From an uncultured Bacteroidales bacterium (GTDB lineage Bacteria; Bacteroidota; Bacteroidia; Bacteroidales; P3): a stretch of DNA of 64,000 bases. The position numbers and the translations under genes are program-made. Under the pieces are notes generated by a model that was given only the letters and a program-made list of their open reading frames with translations, did not search any database and had not been told where the DNA came from. Location: contig OMYR01000018.1 in NCBI GenBank assembly GCA_900315335.1, positions 3,516 to 67,515 of the forward strand, read 5' to 3'. Shown here piece by piece: positions 27,978-36,829 of this stretch (its first letter is position 1; every line of letters begins with the position of its first letter).

Positions 27978-28061
27978 AAAATAGTTATGGAGATTAATTT
28001 ATTAGTGTCCATAACTATTTTAATAACTATGGACACTAATTTTTCAGTTATTGAGATTATT
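27978..28061. repeat. 21-bp-phased repeat array, locus G (4 exact units, palindromic pair)
   Basis: Units are AAAATAGTTATGGAGATTAAT / TTATTAGTGTCCATAACTATT / TTAATAACTATGGACACTAAT / TTTTCAGTTATTGAGATTATT. Units 2 and 3 form ATTAGTGTCCATA...TATGGACACTAAT, with perfect 13-bp arms. Confidence 0.8.
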
Positions 28062-28915
28062 TATAGGAATGCAGCATTCATTCCAGATTTCTTTAACGGC
28101 ACGCAAATCACAGGTACTTTTGCATAGCGGACAACATCTTGGGCTCTTGGGTCAGCGGCAAAATCCGTAGTAATATCCCTACCCATAACGATGCACATAT
28201 CCACACCGTTCGCCTCATTATTCATAAATTTTATTGATTCATCGGCGAAATCCTTACTTTGTGCAAGCATAGGCATCTTCACAACATTGCATTCCACACC
28301 TTTTGAAAGTATGAAATTTTCTGCTTTTGAGGCCGTGTATTCCAAATGTAATTTTTGGTCGCTTTCTATTCCGTCCCAAGAGCCGATTAATATCGTGATT
28401 TTTGCTCCATATTCTTTTGCCAATTTTATTGCAGTTGGAACTTTTTGTCTTGAAGAAAGATTTAATTCAAGAGGCAAAAGAATATTTCTTATAGGTTTCG
28501 GCTCAATATTGACAGCAACCGTCATCAAAGGTATTTCAGCCGTGCGAATAAGTTTATGAGTGTTCGCTCCAATTGTATTCAAACCGGTATTGGAAGTACC
28601 AACGACAAGCAAATCAATCTTATTTTCTCTTATGAAATTATTAATCTCGCCCGTGATACGTCCTCTGCGAATGTAGGCTGTAACATCCAATCCGTACAGA
28701 GTTTTGATATTTTTCTGCAATTCGGAGAAATGCAGCCTTTGAACATCTTCCGAAACTTCTTGTTGTCCCAAAAGTTTGCCGAAAAAACCAACCTCTTCAC
28801 TGACGTGTAACAATGAATAATTGGTATCAGAATCTTTGAATAAGAATTTACAGAATTTCAAACAAGCATTTAAACTTAAATCGTTGAAATCTGTCGTTAT
28901 CAAAATATTTCTCAT
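28061..28915 (-). CDS. Tandem universal stress protein (UspA) domain protein
   Basis: 284 aa in two halves of about 140 aa. Each half ends in a USP-like nucleotide-binding segment (LLVVGTSNTG...IGANTHKLIR; MCIVMGRD...VVRYAKVPVICV). Confidence 0.65.
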   Translation of the reverse strand: MRNILITTDFNDLSLNACLKFCKFLFKDSDTNYSLLHVSEEVGFFGKLLGQQEVSEDVQRLHFSELQKNIKTLYGLDVTAYIRRGRITGEINNFIRENKIDLLVVGTSNTGLNTIGANTHKLIRTAEIPLMTVAVNIEPKPIRNILLPLELNLSSRQKVPTAIKLAKEYGAKITILIGSWDGIESDQKLHLEYTASKAENFILSKGVECNVVKMPMLAQSKDFADESIKFMNNEANGVDMCIVMGRDITTDFAADPRAQDVVRYAKVPVICVPLKKSGMNAAFL

Positions 28916-29047
28916 TTTATTTTAATTTTTATTATCTCTTGAAATTGTTTGTTCGCAAGAACAAATTACTATTATTAATGTATATGTATAAATTACTATG
29001 CAAAACTATTGTTTATTCCGTATTCAAACAGTGTTTATTGTAAAATA

Positions 29048-29962
29048 TCAGAAAATGGACTCTTTTGTTTCAGTCGTTAGTAATTCCAAAAATTTCATAC
29101 CTACAACCGAATTGCCCTTTTCATTTAAGCGTGGCGAGAATACTGTTACCGCATATCTTTGTGGATATATTGCAGAAATTCCACCACCTACGCCGCTTTT
29201 TCCGGGCAGACCCACCAAATAAGAGAAGTCTCCCGATTCATCGTAAAAACCACATGTAAGCATTATTGCATTTATTCGTTTGACTTGTGAAGCCGTTAAA
29301 TGAACGTTTGCATAATTAAACTCTTTTTTGTGGTCAGCAAAGCAAATGAATGCCTTTGATAATTCTTTGCAATTCATTTCTATGCTGCACATCAATAGAT
29401 AGAATTGTAATACATGTTCAATGTCGTTTTCTATATTGTGATAATATTTCAGCATATTGGTTATTGCTGCGTTCAAATAGCCGCAACTTCTTTCCGAACG
29501 GGCAACAGAAAAATTGTAATTGACCGTTTCGCTTTGCGATATGCAACGTACAAAATCAAGAAAATCACTCTCGGGATTTGGTAAGTGAGAAAGAAGAATG
29601 TCTGCCACTACAATCGCTCCTGCATTGATAAACGGATTACGTGGAATGCCATGTTCAAATTCTAATTGAACCAAAGAATTAAACGCACTGCCCGAAGGCT
29701 CTTTTCCCATACGATTCCATAATTTATCTCCCTCCAAGGCAAAAGCCATTGCGAATGAAAAAACTTTTGAAATACTTTGAATGGAAAATCTTGTGTCTGC
29801 TTTGCCACATTGATACTGATCTCCATTAAGTGTTTGCAGACAAACGCCTATTTGGTCGGGATTTACTTTTTCCAACGCAGGTATATAATCTGCTTGCTTG
29901 CCTATTTGACGATATTGTTGTACTTTCTCGTAAATATTTTCTATGATTTGTTGATAGTCCAT
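29048..29962 (-). CDS. glsA: Glutaminase A
   Basis: Serine-beta-lactamase-like S-x-x-K motif in FSIQSISKVF. Also INAGAI and GLPGKSGVGGGI. Start moved to ATG 29962 (MDYQQIIENIY) to remove overlap with the upstream gene stop at 29988. Confidence 0.88.
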   Translation of the reverse strand: MDYQQIIENIYEKVQQYRQIGKQADYIPALEKVNPDQIGVCLQTLNGDQYQCGKADTRFSIQSISKVFSFAMAFALEGDKLWNRMGKEPSGSAFNSLVQLEFEHGIPRNPFINAGAIVVADILLSHLPNPESDFLDFVRCISQSETVNYNFSVARSERSCGYLNAAITNMLKYYHNIENDIEHVLQFYLLMCSIEMNCKELSKAFICFADHKKEFNYANVHLTASQVKRINAIMLTCGFYDESGDFSYLVGLPGKSGVGGGISAIYPQRYAVTVFSPRLNEKGNSVVGMKFLELLTTETKESIF

Positions 29963-29987
29963 GTCGTAAAAATATGTTTTTGTAATA

Positions 29988-32411
29988 TTAGAACGGATAA
30001 CCGATACCAAATTGTATTGCAATATCGGAAAATTTTGCATTATCCAATACAAAACGTTCAGTCAAGTCTCTACTCGGGTCCCAAACTTTTATTGCGAAAT
30101 CCAATCTGAAAAGAAAGATTCCAAAGTTCAAACGAGCTCCCAAACCGGTTCCACACGCAATTTCTTTGTAGAAGTCTTTGCTGATTGTACCTCCTTCCAA
30201 TCCGACTTGGTCTGATAATGTCCAAATATTTCCTAAGTCTAAAAACATTGCACCTTCCAAAAAGCCTGCAATAGGGAAACGATATTCAAAATTGGCTCCT
30301 ATTGCAATATCGCCTGCTCTGTCATATTTTCTATCGCCTGACGGAGTGCTGCTGCCCGGACCTAAACTTCTAAGTTGCCAAGCACGTAAGCCATTGGCTC
30401 CACCACCGAAAAAGGCTTTCTCATAAGGTAAGGCTTCTGCATTGGCATAAGGAATACCTATGCCACCATAAATTTTATATACGAATGAAGTGTTTTGTGT
30501 CAAATAATTATAGTGCGTGAAAGAAAAGTCAGTTCTTACATATTGGGCAAAAGGAATGTGAAACAAAGTGTAATGTCCGTCATCATCCTTGCTTTGATTA
30601 AACGTCATGGAGTATAAATCCAAGACATTTCCTGCTGTTTCAATATTCCAAGAAAAGTAATTGAAGTCTTGTTTTTGTGTTGTTTGCTGACCGTTGTAAT
30701 TATAAGAAAAACGAATTGCCATAACCAAGTGGTCGGACATCTGATATTGTATTCTTTTGTCCATATTGTTTATGATTTCAGCGTATTGGGGGTCGGTTAT
30801 CTCCATATTTACGAAATTCACTTCCAAAGGTATAATGGCAAAATATTTCTTTTCGGTTGTATTCCACGAGTATCCGTAATTAAGATTAAATATTGAGCGT
30901 TCGTAATAAGAACGTTTCTGAATGTTATATCCAGTTTTGATACTCGTATGAGGATGAAATTTCATAGAATAGAATGATGTTTTGAAAGGGGCTAAGAATC
31001 TTGGTATTTCTATACCGAAATCCAATCCTGCTTCAAAAGCATTGAATACGTCCCAACCTGCTTTGGTATTGTTTTTTCTAAAAATGTTGCTGTTGATTTC
31101 TGCTGCCAATTTAAGATTTGCAGTGAATATTTCTGCTCCATGTAACAAGTTTTTGTCAGAGTAAGACAAATTGCCTGCCATACCAAGATTTGACGACGAT
31201 GAATTCGTTGTATTATTCATAGGGTCGTTTGTTGCCGAATAGTTCAACTCAAAAGATGAAGAAAGACTTATCGGTTTGTTTCTTGTGAGGCGGATATAAC
31301 AAGCCAAATCGTTAGTATCTTTATCTTCCTTGGTTATATCTTCGTAGAAAATGTCTATATACTTAAAGTTTCTTAATTGGAACAACGATGAATAAGTACT
31401 CTGACTTGCTTCGGGCGAAAAGAGATTGTTGTTTGTCATTAAAATACTCCTCATAATGGTACGTTCTTTTATCGCAGGCTTTTCCGTGTTATATATAAAG
31501 TAAAGCGGAGTCGGTTTATAGCCTTTTTGCTGTTTGTGATAGAAAAGAACGGTATCTATATCGGGTATATAGTCGGGCGATTGTGGTGAAACGTAGTTCG
31601 GATGCAGATATATTTTTGATATTTTGTATGGTTTGTGTCTTGTGATATTGACAGAATCGGAACCACTGCCGATAGGATTTTTTACAAGCATGATGATACT
31701 CGTTTTATCAATGCCATTAGTTGTGTCGATATTGAAAGTAATATATTTTGGCACGAATGTATAATAACCTTTGGACAACATACCTTGCGAAACATCGTTA
31801 CGTATTTTTACAAGATGCTCTTCGTTATATATTTCGCCTTTTTGAGGAATGTTTTTAATGAAATTTTTTATTTCTTTATCGATGTCAGTATCTTCAACCT
31901 GAACGATAAAAGTGTCGATAATCGCACAAGTAGGGGCATCTATATTATAGTTTATTACACGGCGACGCTTGTAATAACTCCAAGGGGCATACCATTTTCT
32001 GACAGGCGAAAAAGAAGTGGTAACCACCGCATTGAAACAACCATGTGTTTTCAAATATTTTTTAATGTTTTGACAAGATACTTCCGTCAAGTCATCGTTT
32101 ATTTCCACAGGCTTGTCGCCCAATCTACGTAAGACATATTTTTCAAGAAAGTTGCATGTGCTGTCGTCTCCCGGGCTGGAAGCGGAATAGATATACATAC
32201 CTATTTTTGCACCCAATATCTTGTGATTAGGGTCTTGCTGTATGTATTTTGTAATATCGCCTTTTGAAATATTTTTGTTGTTAATCTCGATTTTGTTCTT
32301 GCTTAATAAATAACCGTTCTTGGAAAGATGACGATTTGGAGAGCAAGAGCAAACAGCAACTACTATAACAAAAAGCAGGATTATAATATTATATTTTTTC
32401 AAACACTTCAT
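29988..32411 (-). CDS. Omp85/BamA-TamA-family outer membrane protein
   Basis: 807 aa with an N-terminal signal/lipobox-like VAVCSC. Long C-terminal beta-barrel with GGANGLRAW and a terminal ...IQFGIGYPF. Confidence 0.6.
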   Translation of the reverse strand: MKCLKKYNIIILLFVIVVAVCSCSPNRHLSKNGYLLSKNKIEINNKNISKGDITKYIQQDPNHKILGAKIGMYIYSASSPGDDSTCNFLEKYVLRRLGDKPVEINDDLTEVSCQNIKKYLKTHGCFNAVVTTSFSPVRKWYAPWSYYKRRRVINYNIDAPTCAIIDTFIVQVEDTDIDKEIKNFIKNIPQKGEIYNEEHLVKIRNDVSQGMLSKGYYTFVPKYITFNIDTTNGIDKTSIIMLVKNPIGSGSDSVNITRHKPYKISKIYLHPNYVSPQSPDYIPDIDTVLFYHKQQKGYKPTPLYFIYNTEKPAIKERTIMRSILMTNNNLFSPEASQSTYSSLFQLRNFKYIDIFYEDITKEDKDTNDLACYIRLTRNKPISLSSSFELNYSATNDPMNNTTNSSSSNLGMAGNLSYSDKNLLHGAEIFTANLKLAAEINSNIFRKNNTKAGWDVFNAFEAGLDFGIEIPRFLAPFKTSFYSMKFHPHTSIKTGYNIQKRSYYERSIFNLNYGYSWNTTEKKYFAIIPLEVNFVNMEITDPQYAEIINNMDKRIQYQMSDHLVMAIRFSYNYNGQQTTQKQDFNYFSWNIETAGNVLDLYSMTFNQSKDDDGHYTLFHIPFAQYVRTDFSFTHYNYLTQNTSFVYKIYGGIGIPYANAEALPYEKAFFGGGANGLRAWQLRSLGPGSSTPSGDRKYDRAGDIAIGANFEYRFPIAGFLEGAMFLDLGNIWTLSDQVGLEGGTISKDFYKEIACGTGLGARLNFGIFLFRLDFAIKVWDPSRDLTERFVLDNAKFSDIAIQFGIGYPF

Positions 32412-32416
32412 ACAAA

Positions 32417-33628
32417 CTAAAAAATCTCAGTTAAAATCTTATTTGTCGCTCCTATATTTTCTTTAACATAAGCCCCTGCAATATTAGCGGTATTCGTGTA
32501 AATAGTTTCATTATTCAGTAAATTAGTTAGCCACACTGATAAATTAGTTTCATTGATTATTTCTTTGGCTCCACCAAGTGCGATAAGGTCTTGTGCTTCT
32601 TTGAATTTTTTATTATTAGGACCGAAAGCAACAGGTTTATTGAATACCGCCGCTTCCAATATGTTATGAATGCCTGCTCCAAAACCGCCACCGATATATG
32701 CAATGTCGCAAAGAGAATATAAAAACATAAGCATACCTATATTGTCTATGATAAGCACACGATAGTTTTTCGCATTTTCTTCACTTAAAGACGAAAAAGC
32801 AATACTATTGTCAAACTGCGAAAGTAGTGCTGATATATGATTTTTATCTATCAAGTGCGGGGCTAATATAATCTTCAAATCGTTTAGATTATCCGTTGCC
32901 TTTTTGATTATTTTCTCGTCCTCAGGCCACGAACTTCCTGCGATAAAAACTTTCTTGCCGTCGATGAATTTATTTATTATAGGAAAAGTTTTATGCTCTT
33001 TGCTCATAGAATAAACTCTGTCAAAACGGGTATCGCCACATATTTTGTTATTTGTGTAGTTTATCGAATTTAGAAGAGATGCCGTTTTTTTGTCTTGGAC
33101 AAAAAACATATTGAAATTACTTAACTGCTTTCTGAACCAAGATGAGTAAGATTTGAAGATATAATGCTTTTCCCTCAAAATAAGACTTACCGAATACAAT
33201 GGAGTGTTCTTTAATTCGAAGATATAGTTCCACCAAAATTCGTATTTAACGAAAAACACCATATCGGGTTTTGTCAAAGCGACGAAACGTTTTGCATTTT
33301 TTATTGTATCAAAAGGCAGATAAACGACACAATCGGCATAAGCATAGTTTTGTCTTACTTCATAGCCGGAAGGAGAGAAAAAAGTGAGTAGTATTTGGTA
33401 TTCGGGCTTAGTTGTTTTGATTTCTTCGATAAGATTTCTTGCTTGTTCGAACTCACCAAGCGATGCACAATGAAACCACGCTGTTTTTTTGTTTTTATCC
33501 AATAGCGAGAGTTTTTGCCACGTCTGACTTTGTCCTTTACACATCGTGCGAATTTTTTCGCTGAACAATGCAGCAATATTACACGCAAAAGAAAAAATGA
33601 TTATACCTAAATTATATATAAGTCTCAT
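32417..33628 (-). CDS. waaA: 3-deoxy-D-manno-octulosonic acid (Kdo) transferase
   Basis: 403 aa. WFHCASLGEFEQARNLIEEIK matches the KdtA N-terminal signature. C-terminal GGGFGAGIHNILEAAVFNKPV. Confidence 0.85.
   Translation of the reverse strand: MRLIYNLGIIIFSFACNIAALFSEKIRTMCKGQSQTWQKLSLLDKNKKTAWFHCASLGEFEQARNLIEEIKTTKPEYQILLTFFSPSGYEVRQNYAYADCVVYLPFDTIKNAKRFVALTKPDMVFFVKYEFWWNYIFELKNTPLYSVSLILREKHYIFKSYSSWFRKQLSNFNMFFVQDKKTASLLNSINYTNNKICGDTRFDRVYSMSKEHKTFPIINKFIDGKKVFIAGSSWPEDEKIIKKATDNLNDLKIILAPHLIDKNHISALLSQFDNSIAFSSLSEENAKNYRVLIIDNIGMLMFLYSLCDIAYIGGGFGAGIHNILEAAVFNKPVAFGPNNKKFKEAQDLIALGGAKEIINETNLSVWLTNLLNNETIYTNTANIAGAYVKENIGATNKILTEIF
32498..32565. repeat. 21-bp-phased repeat-like array, locus H (inside the waaA 3' coding region)
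   Basis: Units AATAGTTTCATTATTCAGTA / AATTAGTTAGCCACACTGATA / AATTAGTTTCATTGATTATTT. The third unit matches locus K (AAATTAGTTTCATTAATCATTT) at about 20 of 23 positions. Confidence 0.5.
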
Positions 33629-33683
33629 CGCAGAAATATAACAATTAAATATTGGTCGGAATAAAGATTAGCGTCAAACAATA

Positions 33684-34481
33684 TTAGTAATAATATATTT
33701 TATCAGCCGAACGTCCGAAAAATGGAAACATCCAACCAACTTTTAATGTGAGCATGTGGTCGGTATAACGAGTATTGTCTCCGCCTTGTAAGTCGGCTTG
33801 ATAACTACGGGTCATTTTAGTCCAAGCAATCTTCCAATCAATGCCGACAAACCAGTTGGCGTAAGATTTTTTGCTTATATGACGATAGCCTAAGAACAAA
33901 CCGGTCATTGGGCCACGCATCTGACGGTCGTAAAGATATTTGTAATCGCCCTCTAATTGATAAACTCTACTTAGAGTTGCCTCATAAATAATTTGGTGTT
34001 GCAAGAAACCGCCCCACAGTGTAACTTCCAAACCGCTATTTGGGTTGCTACCAAAAATTGGAAAGATTTTACCTATACCCAAACACAAAGAAAGATTTCT
34101 GTTGTAAGCAACCACTCCTGCATCTGTTCCGTCCGAACCAACGATTATCGGTTTTTCGCCCGTTGTGTATAATGTTGCCAAATAATCTTTCATGTGTTTT
34201 ATGTTGTCTGAGCCAAACTGAAAACCGAAATCCACATTGATTATCCAATTGTTTAACGTCTTCCAACCCAAATCGGCATTGACATTGAAAAATGATGAAT
34301 ATCTGTTTCCCATTTCACCAAAAGGCATTGTCCAACCTGCCGATGCTGCAAAGAATGGGGTAGATATATTTGTATCTTGCCCCGTTATTTTCGCAGATTC
34401 CTTATCGTTTTGAGCTAATAGCCCGACAGATGATAACACCAATGCCAATATCATTATGATGAATATATTTGTCTTTTTCAT
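33684..34481 (-). CDS. Hypothetical outer-membrane beta-barrel candidate
   Basis: 265 aa with a signal peptide. Alternating hydrophobic strands and an aromatic C-terminus (KIYYY). No family recognised. Confidence 0.4.
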   Translation of the reverse strand: MKKTNIFIIMILALVLSSVGLLAQNDKESAKITGQDTNISTPFFAASAGWTMPFGEMGNRYSSFFNVNADLGWKTLNNWIINVDFGFQFGSDNIKHMKDYLATLYTTGEKPIIVGSDGTDAGVVAYNRNLSLCLGIGKIFPIFGSNPNSGLEVTLWGGFLQHQIIYEATLSRVYQLEGDYKYLYDRQMRGPMTGLFLGYRHISKKSYANWFVGIDWKIAWTKMTRSYQADLQGGDNTRYTDHMLTLKVGWMFPFFGRSADKIYYY

Positions 34482-34485
34482 TTTA

Positions 34486-35892
34486 TTATTGTTTTATGAT
34501 TTTTCGAGTAATTATTTCTTGTTTGTCATTATACGTTTTTATGATATATGAACCTAATGGTAGGTTTTGTATATCTATTGTCGTTAAAGGTGGGTTTATT
34601 ACACCTTTGTCTGCAATCCGTGCATTGAGGTCAAATATTTCGTATCTTAAATTCTGATTTGACTGTACGTTTATTATGTTTTGTGCAGGGATTGGATAGA
34701 TTTGGATTTGTGGAGATAGTGTTTCGTTTAAGGACGTGTTTATCGGAGACAATTCCACGTTGTTTTCAGTTAGGATATCGCCGATGGAAATTTCCATAGT
34801 CTTTGAATGATAACCGTCTTTTGAGAAAGTAACAGAATAAGTGCCGTTCAAAATCGGGCGGAAATAGTATCCGTTATTGTTAGTATAAACTTGCGAAGAT
34901 TCTGTGTCGTGATTCTCTATGCTTATCATTACATCGTTTATAGGTTGATTGGTTATGCTATCGGTAACAATCCCTTGAAAACCTATGTTGCAGTAATCAA
35001 AAAATGTAAATAATGAATTTTTTAATCTATACCAATAATCGTTTAGCAATGATTCCTTAGGCATATAGTCCATACTTATTTCCAAAGTAATTTCTCTGCA
35101 ATGAGCGAAATAAGTACTCCAATCCTGCCTTGAACCATAAATAACATACCAATCACCACCATTTACAACGCCGTTGTTATTAACATCAGTAAAATAGTTA
35201 CTGTAATCATTTTGCAGATGTTTAACAAAATTTTCGCCTAATGAGTCAAACCAAATCTTATCGGCGTGAGTCTTTTGATTTGAGCGGTAAGTATCCCAAG
35301 GATAATTGAAAACTTCGCTGCCGGTGTGAATGTTACAAGATATATTAAAGCGTTCCTTGTTTTGATATTCAATAAAGGCAGTGGTTTCTTTTTGTTGCAA
35401 TTCTCCGTCAGAGTTATTATTTGAGCGAATATCGGGGAAATTTCTATTCAAATCGACGTAATTGGCGTTATACCTTATAGCACTTTTTATATTGTCGTTA
35501 CCACCGTACCAAGTGCCGTCAGGATTTGCAAAAGGACATATATAAATATCGGGCAAATTGGAAGTTGTAATCAGTTCGGGATTGTTTATCAAAGAATCAA
35601 TCAAACGCAAAAGCATAACAGACCCCGTCAATTCGTTTCCGTGTATGGCAGCAGAATAAAAGAACTTAGGCTTGTTGAGATTACTATTCGGCTCAGAGGA
35701 AATCTTCAAACATAAAATCAATCTTTTGTTGATGCTTGTGCCGATAGTGTCCAAGCGGCAAATATCACTATGGTCTTTTGCTGTTTGTTGCATATAGGTT
35801 ACAAAGGTACTGTAAGTAGGGTAATGTTCCCACTTTTCAGCCTTTGCAGATAAACAATACAAAAATAATAACAACAAAAAAATTCTTTTCAT
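34486..35892 (-). CDS. M14 zinc carboxypeptidase with T9SS C-terminal sorting domain
   Basis: Start at ATG 35892 (MKRIFLLLLFLYCLSAKA). Zn motif AAIHGNELTG (HxxE). Carboxypeptidase-regulatory-like segment (GIVTDSITNQPINDVMI). CTD ending LPLGSYIIKTYNDKQEIITRKIIKQ. Confidence 0.8.
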   Translation of the reverse strand: MKRIFLLLLFLYCLSAKAEKWEHYPTYSTFVTYMQQTAKDHSDICRLDTIGTSINKRLILCLKISSEPNSNLNKPKFFYSAAIHGNELTGSVMLLRLIDSLINNPELITTSNLPDIYICPFANPDGTWYGGNDNIKSAIRYNANYVDLNRNFPDIRSNNNSDGELQQKETTAFIEYQNKERFNISCNIHTGSEVFNYPWDTYRSNQKTHADKIWFDSLGENFVKHLQNDYSNYFTDVNNNGVVNGGDWYVIYGSRQDWSTYFAHCREITLEISMDYMPKESLLNDYWYRLKNSLFTFFDYCNIGFQGIVTDSITNQPINDVMISIENHDTESSQVYTNNNGYYFRPILNGTYSVTFSKDGYHSKTMEISIGDILTENNVELSPINTSLNETLSPQIQIYPIPAQNIINVQSNQNLRYEIFDLNARIADKGVINPPLTTIDIQNLPLGSYIIKTYNDKQEIITRKIIKQ

Positions 35893-36101
35893 AAAGAAAT
35901 CCAAATTAGGACGCAAAGGTACAAAAAAAACATATCATAAAAAGCAAACTTATTAAAATATTGTTGTTTTAGGGATATTTGTAAGAATTTTGTGGTGTTA
36001 ATATTCATTAGACTGATAAATGACAGCGATTGTACGATTTTTGACAACATTTTTTGTTTTCTTACAATAAAGAGGGAGAAAATAGAGTTTATAAATAGTT
36101 T

Positions 36102-36827
36102 ATGAGTGGAAAAATTTTCAAGATATTGTGTGTGATAGTTGTTGGGGCATTGTGTTTAGTATATAGTAATGATGCAAAAACGCAAAACGTTCCTCAAAAT
36201 TCGCCTAAGTATGATACAAAGCCTGTTATCTTTGGTTGGTATGTGGGATTTAATACTATGTATTCAACTCTTTCCGGTAAAAAAAATATTCCTTACAACG
36301 ATACCATTATGGCGTTTCATTCCAATACGAAAGTAGGTGCTCAAATAGGGGTTTTGGCAGATTTGCGTATTTTTTCTTTTCTAAATCTTAGATTTTTGCC
36401 CAATATATCTTTCAGTGATAGGAATTTCACTTTTTTGATTAAAAACGGCGATAAATTTCGCGAAGCAAACCAAAATTTTGAGGTTATTTATTTGGATTTA
36501 CCCATAGAGTTCAAACTTTCTGCTAAACGTTGGAATAATTTTCGCCCTTATGTGCTTGGTGGAATGAAATACGATTACGATATGGGTTCCATAAGAAGAA
36601 AAAAAATAGGAGATAACGAGTTTTTATTCAAAATAAACGAAAGCGAATTGTTTTATACATTGGGTGTAGGCTTTGATTTTTATTTTTCTTTCTTCAAAAT
36701 GACTCTTGAAATCAAGAACTCTTTCGGTTTGACGGACGTTCTTAACAAGGACTATAAGACCGTTTATTCCGATTGTATAGAAAAAATGAAAAGTCAGATG
36801 TTTTCCATAAATTTAATATTCCAATAA
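36102..36827 (+). CDS. Small outer membrane beta-barrel protein (OMP_b-brl_2 / PorT-like)
   Basis: 241 aa with a signal peptide. About 8-10 predicted strands and a terminal ...FSINLIFQ. Size and pattern resemble the PorT/SprT family, but I cannot confirm that. Confidence 0.5.
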   Translation: MSGKIFKILCVIVVGALCLVYSNDAKTQNVPQNSPKYDTKPVIFGWYVGFNTMYSTLSGKKNIPYNDTIMAFHSNTKVGAQIGVLADLRIFSFLNLRFLPNISFSDRNFTFLIKNGDKFREANQNFEVIYLDLPIEFKLSAKRWNNFRPYVLGGMKYDYDMGSIRRKKIGDNEFLFKINESELFYTLGVGFDFYFSFFKMTLEIKNSFGLTDVLNKDYKTVYSDCIEKMKSQMFSINLIFQ

Positions 36828-36829
36828 CG

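Noticed and set aside
27974-28036. N-terminal 21-codon extension of adenine deaminase. Also the similar extension at 6832-6903, and the ORFs 5530-5889 and 27843-28127
   Set aside because: These are read-through of repeat arrays that happen to lack stop codons. Internal ATGs give canonical N-termini or signal peptides.
27974-28060. Purine riboswitch upstream of adenine deaminase
   Set aside because: The leader consists entirely of the 21-bp repeat array. I could not find the conserved purine-riboswitch junction sequences.
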